A stretch of DNA of 64,000 nt, taken from Eutreptiella sp. 'Long Island Sound 2002'. Lineage: Eukaryota > Protista > Euglenida. Numbering within the stretch: position 1 is the first letter of the stretch; each line of letters opens with the position of its first letter. Shown here in pieces: positions 49,438 to 63,003 of this stretch. The notes below the pieces were generated by a model. It ran no database searches. It was given only the letters and a program-made list of their open reading frames with translations, and was not told the DNA's origin. The stretch spans positions 21,948,001 through 22,012,000 of the forward strand of contig OZ038378.1 in assembly GCA_964036045.1 (NCBI GenBank). The letters are read 5' to 3'. The translations under genes were made by a program, and so were the position numbers.

Positions 49438-51106
49438 GTACCTCTCTCTAGTTCCCACGTAATGGAACACTTCTTTTTCCTTTTTTTTTCCGGTTTAGGA
49501 CCGCCTTGGCTGCTGCATTCCTGCCCTGAGGTACACTCGCTGAGTAGGGTCTGCATCTGGGCGGAGGATGTGTGTCTCCATTGCGCTGCAGGTGGATGCC
49601 AAGGGGGATGCTATCAGTGATGATGGGGATGGAGAGGCTGACGAGGGAGGAGATGGGGACGTAGGAGGGGAAAGTGTAGGGGGTGGGGATGGGGAGGCTG
49701 ATGGGGATGGAGATAGGGATGGAGATGCCCCCTGAGCCCTGGTTTCTCCGAGCGGATGGGAGGTGAAAGAATCCTGGGAGCGGGGTACGAGTGGTCCAAC
49801 ACAACACAAACCATGTAATCATGGCATGGCAGATGACTACAAGAATCTCCACAGACAGCCATGAGCATCCGGCAGGGAAGTTGCACCTCATCAAGGGTCA
49901 GCCCTGGGCCACGTGCCATTGTGTTGTACCCGCCCCCGGGACGCACTTAGACCTCAGTCGGAACCAACTGCACTCAGTGCGTAACAACGCGGGGTCCAGG
50001 TCCGCCCGATCATGTTTGTGCTTGAGGTGCTGGAGGCTAAGGTCGTGTCTTTTCCTCATACAGCCGCACTCCGTACTCTTGCATCAGAGCTAATGCAAGC
50101 TCGCACACTTCAAGCAGCCGTGCGACTGTGCTCCGCGCGCGCACGCACGCACACACACACACACACACACACGTTTACAAACAAACCGGCCCCATGATGC
50201 ACTGAGCCACGTGCATTCATCTTGCATACAACTGGATCCGGCCTTTTGCGGGAAGTGTGTCGTAGCGCGCAGTGCATGGATCTTGGTGAACAACCGGCAT
50301 TCCGAGCATCCGGTTTTGAGTCGGCTGCTGTTCAGATGTAATGCGACGCGCAGTCAGAGCAGCCAGGTCCCGTGATGCCCCCTCATCGCCACGTTAAGGA
50401 GCAGTAAGCAAAACTGAATTCGGCTTCTCTCTCCCGCTTTTAGGCCTCCGCTGCTACTTATGCTGTGGATTCATTGGTGATCGAGGACACAGGGCACTCT
50501 CTGTCGCGAGCCGAAGAGATTCAGCTGTGATGTGCACGTGAGGGTACTTGTTTTGTGGGATGCACACCGCAATATTTGGGTGCACGTCTGCAGTGACCAA
50601 CAGCAGCACTTCAACTGCACAGCTGCAGCTGCAGCACATTGACCAGGGAAACCAGGAGCAGCGTGACACGTTCACACAGCAACGGAACGGGCCAGGGGCA
50701 GTAGTATCAGGACATCGTGTTCGCCTCTCTCCACACAAAGCCTGCAATCTTCGTTCCCTGACCCTTTGTACCAACTCTCTGTCCATTTGCCTTCTTGGTT
50801 CCCTAACGATTTCCCCCGTGACATCCTGACCGCCCGTGCCCTCTGATGTATGGAGCCTTGCGCCGTCGCTGTCGTTTGGGTGTCAGTGTGGTTTGAAGTC
50901 GGCATACCTGTGCTGAAGCCCTGCCCGCCCGCCCGCCCGCCCGCCGTACCCTGGATGATGTGTAGTCTGTGGACTGCACTGCGATCTGCCCTGCAATGTG
51001 ATTGGCGTGAGGAAATGACATGCACAACTGTTCATTCACTATCAGACCATGAACTGACCCCCGATGTGTCGCATACAACGTGTGCTAAACTCACGTTGAT
51101 TCGCAG

Positions 51107-54100
51107 GGTTTATAAGCAAAAGAAGATGCATCGCGGCCGAGAGGAACTGGACGTCCAAGGGGGGGCCATTGTCATGGTGAAGCAAAGTGATCCCAAACCA
51201 AATCTAATCATGCTGATCCTGCAACCGGTTGCGTGCATACCGTCCCTGTGATTTGCTGTGATGCCATCCTGGACCCCCGGCCATGTGAAGAGGTTAGGTC
51301 ACTGGCTCATATTCCATAGCGTTTCCCATACTTCCCAAAACCACAGCTCTCTCGAATCCTCCTTTTGGGCCTTTGAAACCTGCTCACTTTCTAGCCTCGT
51401 CAGGTCCCATTAGGACTGAGGTGGGAGACCACTTGGGAACACTGGGTGCTGTACGCTATTTTTGCTGCCCCCAGCCCCCTGCGCACACAACACACGGATA
51501 CAACCCGTGCGCCAACCAGAAACCCCCGACCTTTCCAGCCCCACCCCTCCATCGGCAAACACACCACGTCCCTGCATGCTCCACATATCACACATGCGCG
51601 CACGCACACACACACACACACACACACACAGCGGCGTGCCCACCACAAGAAGGGCTGTTGCGGCTTTTTTTTCAGCTGTGCTGGCGTTAGGGTTAGCATC
51701 TGGTCTGCGGCGGCCCTTCTGTTGGGGGGGGGGGGGGGTTGCCCGACACCGCCATGCATGCCACATTGCCGCCACGACGTTCAAAGCAGCGAACAGCTGA
51801 ATACGTTAGTGGCCAATTTTTCGGTGTATTGTCAGTGCACAACATGCAAACCTCGGTGCATCGCACCGACTTTGTGCAGGCCTGTATGGGCCATATCCTT
51901 CGTACACGATTGTTCCCTAGCACTCACTCCACCCACAGGGTTTCATTCCTTCATTCTTTCACCCCTCCCCTGTGCGCACCGCCTGCCCTTTTGGGCTCAG
52001 GCTCGAGGATCAGCGCCTGCTTCTACCGGTTAGGGGTAGGCTTAGGCGTCCTTCCTCTTGGCTGGGCTAGGGTCGGTCGGTCCCCGCCCTCGTTAGGGGT
52101 AGGGGTATCTGTCTCTCACGGTGCGGGGGGGCGGGGGTCATTCCATTCTTCCTTTGTCAAATATGGACTTTCAGCCCTCATGCAACCTAGTGCAGTATGT
52201 ACTGCACCACCTTTTTGGTCGCCTCGTTTTCTTCTCCCTGGTCTCCCGCTCGCCCAACCCGACGACCTCAAAAGCGCCTGTTTCAGTGTGGCACACCCAC
52301 ACGATAATCTGCGCAAGCAACACATAGCCAGTGTATTGAACTCCTTATGCTTATCAGCAAAGTGGGTGCCAGCAACAAGTCAAAATGCTTCTGCGCTGCC
52401 CTGTCGCGGCCCCTGCCCTTCTCTGCCTTGCTTGCGCACAGACACGCGCGCGCTCACTCTCTCGAGACTGTCCTCTGTAAGGGCCATTGGAAGACACGTA
52501 AAACGGTCAGCTCAATTGCACTCATCATCACTCTGTCCAAACCACGCCCAAAGGAGGTGGGCTTGGAAAAAGGTCGCAACATCTCTGCCCCTCTCACAGC
52601 AGATCTTGAATGGCAGAGTGGACTTGCACGCCTCGCACCTCCCCTCACAAAGTAGACACTCAAAAGGCAGGAAACACAACTGCCCGCACAAACCAAGGCA
52701 AGCCCAAAAGCATACATACCGAAACAGAGAGCCACACTCTCCTTTGACACCACTGTCAAATTCGGCATCTTTGGTGTCTTCAAGTGACAGTGAGATGACA
52801 ATGCTTGAGTGACACTGACAGAAGCGTTAACGGACAGGCTGACAAGACAGGGCACAACGGTGCAGCAGTGTAGCAGGTGAGTCTGTTCTTCTTTGCTTTG
52901 ACTTGCAGTCTGTTTCGCTGTGCAGCAGACAAAGAAACGGTAACTCAGTGCACATGAGCTGTCTCTCTTTCTGCTCTTTGATGCACGCACTTGCCTTCTC
53001 GGGCGCTTCGGCCTCACACACTCGCCCTACGACAACAGGCCAGCGCCTACACTACACGGCCACTCGCTGCTCAGCACTCTCACAAGTCCTAAGGCACCAT
53101 CACAACTCTCTCTGGGAACCCGCCCAAACTCCCGGCAAACCATCGTCAGTCTTATGGCCCAGCTCCGCTTGTCCAAGCTACACCGCTCGTGGGGACTGTG
53201 TTGTTTGGCACCATAATGACTTCGGCGCGCGCGCACCATCGATTATGGACTGTCCTGGAGAGTCCCAGTCGTGCCAGTGCCAGCTCCTGTGGAATCCTCC
53301 CGCTTGGCTGATGTAGACCTGCAAGTTGAGTTTGATTGGGGTTCTTGGCGTGTTTCCGCCCGATTCCAAGTTGCAATTTCTGTGGGCTGTGGATCAGCAC
53401 CCCTTGTCTAAGCTGCGACCCCCTTTGGGGGTGGTAGGGTTTGGGGGCTGGGGGGCAATTTGGACGAAGCAGAAGGGTGGTCAGGTATGAAAAGGGCAAG
53501 GTAGACCACTAAGCACGACCATTTTAGGGCCATGTACGCTCACCGTTAATGCCCTGAGATGCGACAAAAAGCCGCATCGGACATCAGCATCATTTTCGCC
53601 AACAGAATGCTGTCTCACGACAACAAGGCCTGTTTCCGTGCAAAGATAGTAAGAAGTTGCTTTTGTTCATTAATTTTCATGTTTCTATGGGGCTGCCACA
53701 GCATTCGGCCCCCAAAACAAGATAACCAACAGGCCCGCCCGCCCACCTCTCGTCGCCCAATCCCACGAAGGTAGTGCAAGCCGTGACCTGGGGGGTGCGT
53801 GGGTCTAAGATACCGCACAAGAGGGGGTGGTTGCCAGCCCCCCCGTCCCTCTTGGGAAACCACCCCTGTCGCCCCCCCGCCCCTCCCCACACACCCACCC
53901 ACACCTGGCTGGCTGAGGAAGCAGTAGAAGCTGTGGATGCTCGCTTGGAAGGGCCGGTGTTCGAACCCAACCAAGCCCTAACCCGTCCAATTGAGGTGGC
54001 CCACTCTGGCGACGCGGCTGGGCCGTGCTTCCGGTAGGAGGTTGGCAATGGGACCATGGGCGCCGGGGGGGGGGGATCCCCTGAGACACTCACCTCACGT

Positions 54101-56149
54101 CACCCCACAAACCCACACATGGGGTGGGGAGGAGAGGGGCTAAATCATGCCGTGTTCGTTCGTCGAGACCACCCACCTGCCGTACCCTACATTCAACATC
54201 ATCCGACGCCCTCTGTGTTAATTCATTGTTTCCCAATAGATCTAACCGCACCGTACTCAAATTGACCCCGCGCCCAGTGTGCCACAGGCGTACATGAACA
54301 TCTTTGGACATTCTCACCCTCACAAATTCATGAGCACCACCGTCCCCAAGGCCACATGCACACCCGATCTGCGCCATTTATAGCCTTGTGCCTGTGGCGG
54401 ATCTCTTTGCATGTGCGACTGTACAATACAACGACTGGGGCCGCTCACACCCATCACTTCAAAAGCATGACGGCTGTCATGGGTGCTGGTGTGATGCACG
54501 TGCAATTTTCGTCTCTCAACATCCAGAAACATGAAGTGCCGAGCACCATTTCGTATTACGCTCTGTATCTTGGATTTTGCTGTGCCCCGTCTTAACGCAT
54601 GAGCTGTACGCACTGTTCTGTATTGGATGAAATTACAGTGCACAAACCAAGAGCCGCGGGCTAAGGGAGCCGCACCCTGGACACCAGAGTCGAGACGCAA
54701 ACACGTTCGTCGCGTTAGATCGATGGAGAACAGTGTCGCACCGGGCGCGCATCAAGCAAAGTTGTACCTGCCTTTTGCCACTCACACAAGCCCCACGGTG
54801 TATTGCCACTCCCTCACACAAGCCTCCAATCATGGTCGCCTTCGCTCCTACATGCCTCAAAGGGTTTACCCATTCCCTGGCAGAAGCTCGAACTCTGAGG
54901 ATTGAAGACCCCATTTGGGGTTGGGAGCACAATTTGAGGCTTGTGTCAGGGATGGGAACAGCATTGGGGAGTGCAAGTAAATGAGAATGCTATTCCCATT
55001 CATTTGCTCGAAGGAAAAGAAACACGATGGGGGTAGCTTGTGTGAATGAACAGAAAACCATGTGGGCCTTATCTGAATGAATGTAAGACGAAAGGGGGCA
55101 CTATCAGTGTGCAGTGCACGGCTTCGCCCCTGTGTGTTTGGGTTATGACTGCACCACACTGTGCGATTGATGTTGGTACTGGTTTGACAGTGAGCGTTAA
55201 GCTCTACAACGAGTCTCGAGGCATACAGGCAGTCAGGCACACATGTTCTCGCCTTACACTATTAGGTAATTGCCGTTTGAGAATTTGTTCTGTGCATTTG
55301 TGGCTCTTATCAGTCTTCGTAGGACGAATGGCAATTGTGGCCTGCTGGATGGCCAGTGTGGGTTGTGGGATTTTTGGGGTTCGGGGTAGGGCTTCTGCTA
55401 AGGGGCAGTTGTACGCTAGCGCCCAGCATCACGGAGTGGTGGGTAGCCTACCGGGAAACGGCAAGGGATCAATAGGGCAAGGCGAAGCTGCAGCAGCGTG
55501 GCTGCCCTCCTATTCCGGCCCGTTCGCGCTGGGGAGACTCCACCATGCCTCCACACCACACCACGTCAAGGTGTCCGGCCCCAGGGGTTTGAGGGGGTGG
55601 AGGGGGGGGGGGGGGTGCAGGACTTCATCGTGCATGTGTATCGTCATCGAGAAAACCTCTAATTTGACCAGTGCTCTAGTGGAGTAGCTTGTGTGTCATG
55701 TTTCATTTTCCAAATTCTACTCCATGGGAGGGATATGCCTGTGCCGACACTGTGCCAATGCGTTACCACGAGTGAATGCCCCATGCGACTTTTTTTTTTT
55801 TGCAAATTTGCACGACATGGCGAGGGGCAGTTTCATAGTGCCGTGTTTGCTGCAGTGTTTTCAGGATGCTCGTGACCATGGCCACATGAGCGGCTCCATG
55901 TAAACTGGTGGAGCCCCGGATGAATTTGAAGCACAACAAGTACAAAGCGGCGTACGTGAAGTTTGAGAAGGTCCTGTTGGACGATCTACGATTCCCAGAT
56001 GACAACAAATCGGAGGTTTGCTGGTGGGAAAGAGTATTCTTTGTCGCGTTGTCCCAGGACTGCATGACTTCCCCGCTGCCCCAATGCAGGGCAGTGTGTA
56101 TTAGTTTGTTTGAATCGAAGATTGTCGATCCACACAATCCATATCTGAA
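51107..56149 (+). CDS. Probable upstream exons of the SAM-domain gene (partly resolved; first one possibly PH-like)
   Basis: Candidates: 51107-51227 (VYKQKKMHRGREELDVQGGAIVMVKQSDPKPNLIMLILQP), ~53559-53648 (GTAAGA donor), 53918-54033, and ~55910-56149 (NKYKAAYVKFEKVLLDDLRFPDD...DPHNPYLK). Confidence 0.45.
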
Positions 56150-56182
56150 GGTCGATCAGGGGCCCCGGGGGGGCGGCCGGGC

Positions 56183-56563
56183 CCGGTCCTTGTATGCGAC
56201 ACCCCCCAGCCCCCCCCCCCCCCCTGCGGGTTTTGAGAGATAGCGGTGTGGGGGCCATGGCGCCAACGGCGCGAAATTTTTTGTCCCATGCTAAGTTGAG
56301 TGGGGTACTATGCCTTTAGTCCTTGAGACCCTTAAGACTTTCTTCCTGGCAAAGACAAGATATTGCTATTATCGCATACATGCCCCTTTCCTCCCATGCC
56401 CCCAGACACCCCCTTGAGGTATGCATGTGATAGTAGTGGGTTGCGCACAGCCCCCCCCCCCCGGCCAAGCTGCCAATACTCCCCCCCCCGCCTCAACTGC
56501 CCCCCCCCCCCCCCCGCAAGTTTTGACAGATAGCTGGGGGGGGGGGTGTCGCATCAGGACCGG
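56183..56563. mobile_element. ~380-bp MITE-like intronic element
   Basis: TIR ccggtcct(t)g(t)atgcgacacccccc...agc and its reverse complement. No TSD identified. Confidence 0.65.
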
Positions 56564-57134
56564 TTGTAGTTGCCGGGTCAGGGGCACGTGCTTGCCCGAC
56601 TTCATTTGTTGTGCGTCACTACCATTGGCGAGGGGATGGTTGGAAACGGGGGCTTACTTGACATCAGTCGGCGCAGTTATCCAGCGGCACGAAATTCTTT
56701 TGGCGGCCTTTGAAACGGCCACAGATTCATCATGTGGCACACAAAGCCGCCGGAACGCACTGGGGCCGTGTGCGTGTCAAGAGGAGTCCAACCCACGCTA
56801 ACTGCCTGCAAAGGAATGGGCCTCGACGGGTCAAAACGCGCTCAAAATGGACTGAAAACACTCGCCAGGACATAACACAAGCTCCAGGGTCATCGGTGGG
56901 ACAACGCGTTTGGGACGGGCTCCTGTCATGCCCGTTTTCCCTTGTGTGGGACCCCAAGCCCGGAGCCCCTGTCCATCCGTCTCCATGTGACCCCCGTCTG
57001 CGCGCAAGCGTCTGGACCGGGCCATTGGACCCGAGGTCCCATGGCATCGGACACAGCAGTTGGCATACGTCGGCTTCTGGCGCTCTACGCTCCCGCGCTC
57101 GTGTGTGGAAGCACCAGCATTTGTTCTGTCTCAG

Positions 57135-58006
57135 AATCCTCAACGCCCCAAATTTGGCAAAGACGCCCCGTCCCTGAACTTGGAGGGTCACCCACGGCTT
57201 TTGAATATTGCTGATTTGTATGGAGCAACCGGTGCAACGCAAAGGCAAGGTATTTTCCGATGTCATCCATCTGATGCACGTATTGTGCCTCGCTTCCGCT
57301 GGCTATTGGCGCCAAGGTTCCACTCGTGTTACATTTCCCCAACACCAATGCACCCGTGTGTAGCAGCGTGTCTGGGCTACATAACAAGTCTGCTTCCTGC
57401 TGCTGTGGTGTTCAAATTACTTTTCTGTTGCCATGAGCTGTTGGGGTGCACACGGTATTGACACGTGCCCTGCGCGTTCTATTGTACACCCATGTTCCTC
57501 TCTCAACACGTATCTGTCCTCACGGTATCGCAAGCCCCCTCATCGTTGGTGCAGATGCCGGTCGTGCAGCTTCCGCACAGGCGGCGCAAGACGCGCCCCG
57601 CCGCAAGATGGAGCATGTCAAGTCGCATCCCCGACTGCCAACGGCGACATCTGCCATCAGCAGGAGTATGTACGGCTGGGGCGATGTGAGAGGGCAGTAG
57701 CGCGGGACGTAGGGCTGGATAATGTGACTTGATTCTTCTCCGCCTCAATGGCCATGCGGGGCCCGCAAATGCCACATCCCCTTTCCATAACGCTCTCTGT
57801 GGATCCAGTTACTTGTTATTCTCTGACCAAGTCTGGCGTTCTCTTTTGGCATTAAAGACCGCATTGAACGGGGCTCATTACCTTCATCACCTTCATCACA
57901 GTACCCCTTTCTTCTTTGTTTTGGTTGATTCGCCCCTCCGATCTCCATCCGCTTGCAGCGATGGCACAGCGTGCGCCCCTGCGTCTACCGCATGAAGAGG
58001 GTGTGG
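57135..58006 (+). CDS. Three in-frame exons of the SAM-domain gene (57135-57249, 57555-57665, 57959-58006)
   Basis: AG/GT boundaries with compatible phases (0-1, 1-1, 1-1) leading into the phase-1 SAM exon. Confidence 0.6.
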
Positions 58007-58552
58007 GTACCCATGAGTTGTTTCGGTTCTTTTGTCTTTTTACGTAGCACAGCTAAGTCTTTGGGGGGCAGGACTGCGGTTAATCGACGGCGGATGTCGC
58101 GAATCGATTGCGGTTTGTGGTCACCGAGGAATTGCCAGCAGTCGCTGGTCGGTCAAGGGCCACCCGCACCGGAGTCGGCCTAATTGCCTTCGTGGCATGA
58201 AGGGCAGCCCTGCCCCTTTCAAGGGCTCTGATATATGATATATTCACTCACAGTGGCCTCACTTATAATTGGGTCCATCACGGCGGGGCGGAGCGAGAGT
58301 ATATCCACTGTATCAGGCACGAGCCATTCATCGGCCTCACCCTTGTGTGGCAACTGGGCGCACACCTAGCAAAGTTTGGATTGTCACCAGACCTTTGGTA
58401 ACAGCCTTATATAAGCATTGACCCCAGCCCTACATAGCCGTACAGAGTAGACAGCCCAAGCTGTACATAGCTGCATGCAACCCTGTGCTGTACTTATACG
58501 CAGCCATACATTGCAGCCGTCGATTTTTTTGTACTGACCAATTTCCGTTAAG

Positions 58553-58899
58553 TGCTGGCTGCTTCTGATGAAGGTGTCGTTGGTAGGGCACTGGAGGAGT
58601 ATGGATTTTGCTCAGAAGAGGAGTCAATTTCGATGAAACCGGAATCTGCCCCACCCGTGCAGCGTAATGAGGAGGAAGTGGGGACCAATGCAGTGAAACG
58701 TGTACAGGAACCAGAGCTGGATTTCCTTGTGCGGTTCTCGGAATTTCGCCCTGCCTTGGCTGCTTATCAGAGTGCATTGCGCTGTGATGGTTGGGATACA
58801 TTGCAATCATTGAGGTTATTTCTTGCTGTGGACATGGCCCGCCTTAACATCCTACCAGGGCATCGTCGCTTGCTTGTGGACACCTTGAAGGACTTATAG
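58553..58899 (+). CDS. Terminal exon with a C-terminal SAM domain
   Basis: LAAYQSALRCDGWDTLQSLRLFLAVDMARLNILPGHRRLLVDTLKDL* fits the SAM consensus (L..Y...F...g.d.l..L..l...dl..l.i..GHrr.i...l..l). Confidence 0.8.
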
Positions 58900-60708
58900 C
58901 CTGTGGTGCTGGGCCTGGTGCCAATAGTGCAGCAATTGGCCCAACAGCACCAATTTTTTCTTCAAAAGCATGGTACCCCAAGTATATGTAAGGTTGTGGC
59001 CACTGCATTGCCATAGCAAGCCTAGCCTAGCCTTGCGCAGCCATAAACAAGCATCGAGCATAGCCGCACGCAACTGTACGTAGCTGTACATGTACTGCTA
59101 TAACCATGGGTCTGATCGTCATGACAAACAATTTCACCAAAGCGGTCCGTTGTGAATGGCACCCACCACCAGAGACACAAATGCACACCACACCAAAGTC
59201 GAGCACAAGCAGTTGAGGAAGCCCTGAGCTGCATCCTGGACCAGTGTTCTTGCATCACTAGCAGCGGCTCAAGCCAATAGCACTTGCCTCACACAGCACT
59301 GGCTTTTATTTCAACAGCCCATGCCAACACGAGGACAACGCCAGTCTCCCATGGAAACCCTGTGCCTGACTATCTGGCACTTGCTATGTACTGAATAGTG
59401 AACACCGCATTGATCGGGACACACAGCAGACCCTTCACGGCCAAAACTCTGAATATTTGCCTTGCTCATCCGTTTATCATTCTGCAGTGTCCTCCGCATC
59501 ACTCTGCGACAGCGTTTCGTCAATCTCTTCGTCTGAACAATCGCCGGTGTGTTTGTTCGTGTTCGGATTCAGGCTGCACAGCGGGGCTGTGCATATTAGT
59601 CTGCAGTCTGTCCCCCTCTTTCTCTCTCCCTCCCTCCCCCCCCCCCCCACTCTCTCTCTTTCAGTTGTGCATCTCTGTTTGTGTGTGTGCGCGCGCATAC
59701 GTGTCTAGCTGCTTCCCCGATAGCTTGCATACATGCCAAGGTTTGTAGGTGCATACGAAACTGTACATGTCAGTGTTTTGCCTGCAAGTGAGTAGCTGCT
59801 TGCAGGGCGAGAATCTTACAAGAGCGTGCTTCCACCCATTTCTGGTCAACAAATTGCATGCGTGCGCAAGTTGTTCATGACCCCACGTGCCGCCGCTGGA
59901 CATGAAGCATGTGCGGCACTTCGTTTGCTTTCGTTCATTTTACACAATATGTGAACGCAGCAGTCTTCAGAGTGCCGGAGAAGCAAGGCTCCAAGAAGCC
60001 ATAATTTGCTCTTTTAATGGACCTCAAGGCTGTGGTGCAAGGTCTAAGTGCAAAATTGTGATGGTTGTTCGGAGTGTTGCAAGAATTTGCAGATGAACAC
60101 AAAAACGAACAAAAGCGGAACTGGCGGTGACCTTTAGAGTGTCCAGGTATGGGCAAGGTGCAGTTGTGGAATCTCCCCTTGTCAACCGGCCTGTTTCGCC
60201 GTTTTGCGCCGCTTTGGGGGGCCATGCAACGGAACACACTTGTGATTCCGAAACCGGGTTCAACCGGCTCCAATTTTCGGCAGAAAACTGCTGCAAGAGC
60301 TCGTGGTAAGTCTGGCATGAAGTTGCGGCCTCGTACGCCGTGCTTCCGGTTCCTGCCCCAATCCACAGGAACAGAAGACGACGTGATTCTGCGTTTCAAC
60401 ATGGCGACTCAGGGATGAACTGGGATCCAGATTGCATGTGCAAAAGCCAGCGGCGCAAAAACTGAGCCTGCCCTTGAAGAGGGGCACCTTTTCCTTCAAC
60501 AGTACCTGTCAGTTACGTGGCTTGCTTTATCATCTGCTGTATCACTGCTGTATCCGCGCGGCAGCCGTATCCTTCCAACTCCAATTTGCGGCTGCAACGG
60601 TTTCGTAACGGCCGCCTACTTCTCCCCAACCTCTTTCCCGACCGTAGCCAACTGATTTAACAAGCGTATGCGACACTACCCTGTAGCCTACCTCTCCTTC
60701 AAGCGCAG

Positions 60709-61271
60709 GCCTGGCAGTGCCCCTGGTCGCCTGTCATCCATGGAGGACCTGCTGCAAAATGGACGATGGTCACTTCTTTGGCCTCTGTCATACCCCCCGT
60801 GCGAAACTACTTGCGTGTTGCGCTGACTCAGTACATGGAGCTACCGCAGGGGCCGGGGAAGGCAGAGGGTCAGGAAGAGAGTTGGGGGGCAGTAGTTGCC
60901 GAGTCGGGCCCTCTTTTGGGGCCAACAGGAGCGGCATCGAGCGCAGGTACCGGAGATCTGATCTGTGGCTTGCTACTGTGCAGAAGTCAGGCAAATCTGT
61001 GGGATTTGATGTCGAAGCCGATGCAGAGACGGAGAGCCCGTCGGTGCTGACAGAGGGTATGTACGTGACAGGGTCTGGAGTCGGCGCCCTCCCGCACTGT
61101 GCGCACCGGGCGTTGGATAAATTTATTCATAACATGGTCCATTTGTAAAGCTGCCCCGATCTCTATGCACTCCCCCAGGGGCAACAAAGGCGTTCATATA
61201 CAGGCCCGGCCGAAAAGTACTACATCACCCTGGGCCTTGGCCCTCTCGCATTACTGCAGGAGCCTGCATGA
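60709..61271 (+). CDS. Possible last two exons of an unresolved gene
   Basis: Donor GAG G|GTATGT near 61058, then phase-1 acceptor atacAG leading to (G)PAEKYYITLGLGPLALLQEPA*. Confidence 0.3.
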
Positions 61272-62346
61272 ATACCCGAGGTTTTCTGGGACGTATGCTC
61301 CCTGTGAATGCAGGGGGGGGGGAACTGAGCAAGAGGTGCCTGCCATGCTTGCAGTCTTGTGGCATGACCTATTTGTCTGTGTCGACCGGCGCGCCCACAG
61401 CCCCGTGGCCTGAGGTGCAGTTATGGCACTGAAACAATGAGTGCCCAATTCTAGCCGATCTCCAGCGGAACACATGACAAGTTTACCAGAGCCAGGCGTG
61501 TGGGATCAATCCATTACATCACTTTCATCCTGGCCCTCTTCCATGCGAATGCAATCATCATCGTGACGTTGCATTGTTCCTGCTTCATCATTTCCCACAG
61601 GCTCAATGCAGTTTTGTATTGGTTTAGGCAGGGGAACTGTAAAGGGGTCCTCAACAAATGGCCTAATTTTCTTGCAGTGGTCGCAGTGGGGCCTGTGTTG
61701 TGTTTGGGCCCATACCACAGGTGACATAGCACAGCAATGTTGGGTCGTATGAGATGGCCCTATGTAGCTACAGAATGCCACGTGCATTGAGCAAGGCCCC
61801 AGGGAGGCTCAGATCAACCGGATCTGGTGTTGGTGACCATGAAGTGCGGTGGTCAGTATGGGGGTATCACAGCTGATTTGTGACTATGTACTTTGGTTGG
61901 TGTAGGCCACCGTGGTTTGCATACAGTACTGTCGTTGATCTCGAGTACCGTGGCTGATGTAGAGAACCGGAATTGATGTGAAACGCATTTGCAGCCACAG
62001 TCCGAAAGTAGCGAATTGGCGATTCATAGAATCAAAGGGTCCAGTAGCAATTACGAATGACGTTGCTCGGGGGTGGGAGAGAAGAAATGCAGCTTTGTGG
62101 GGAAGTGTGTAATGCTCTTCCAACCGCGCACTCTTATCGTGGGCTCCGGTGGCTTCCCGCCCCCTGCCGGCGCCGGCAGGCTTCACATGCCAAGCAGTTG
62201 TAGAAAGTGCTTCCACTGTTTCGTAACCGTTGTGCTCTGTATCAACCACAGTGCTCTGTATGAACTGTGCACCGTGCGCGCACTAGGCAGCGGCTCTTCT
62301 CAATTTATGGCAACCCTCACCCCCCCTTCCTTCTGCAACGCCACAG

Positions 62347-63003
62347 TGCCCGAGCAGGAGGCGTTTGAGGCTGCACATGAGCAATCGAGTGCCGCGCAAG
62401 ACCAACCGAGTGGGCTCAAGAACCCCCGTGATGACGGCAATCCAAGGACCGCCATTACTCAGGTACGTATGAGCACGAGCTGCGTAGTGGGTCGCACACA
62501 TTTATGTTTTGCTTTGGTTATGGGTTTTGGCTGATTTTTGTTTTGGATAGGCCAAGGGGTTGGAGATTTGTCCATGATTTTATTCAGTCAGTGCACCCGT
62601 CCTTCGTTCAACACCTGCAAGCATCACCCGCAGTAGAAACACCAATTGCATCGCATCCCCCTCTTTGACAAACGCCCTTTCACTGTTTCGCGATCTTTTG
62701 GAAAAGCTTCTACTTTTGCTGCTCTGTGCCCTCGCGGTGTTGCCTACATGTGTCTGTCTTTTGCTTTGAGCTATGCTCATGCTCACAAATCGTCTGCTCC
62801 TTGCAGGCGCAGTTTCTCAAGGTAAAGGCGATTTTTGACGACATCGACCAAGTATGTTTGACCATACATTCGGCATCTGTGGTCTTGCGCGGCTTTCCCC
62901 CGCGCACCCGGCCTCTTTCGTTACTCTCTTGCAGGAAGGGGTGGGGAAAGTAACGCTGAAAGAGCTGCTGGAGTACTCTGTTAAGAACCCCATTCCGGTC
63001 AAG
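62347..63003 (+). CDS. EF-hand protein, exons 62347-62462, 62807-62851, 62935-63003
   Basis: Canonical splice sites. Spliced peptide KAIFDDIDQ|EGVGKVTLKELLEY forms an EF-hand helix-loop-helix. Confidence 0.75.

Noticed and set aside
52648-52666. Second SL-like match on the minus strand (CTTTTGAGTGTCTACTTT)
   Set aside because: Only a 10-nt exact core, and it lacks the 3' T-run-CG. Compatible with chance in 128 kb of searched strands.
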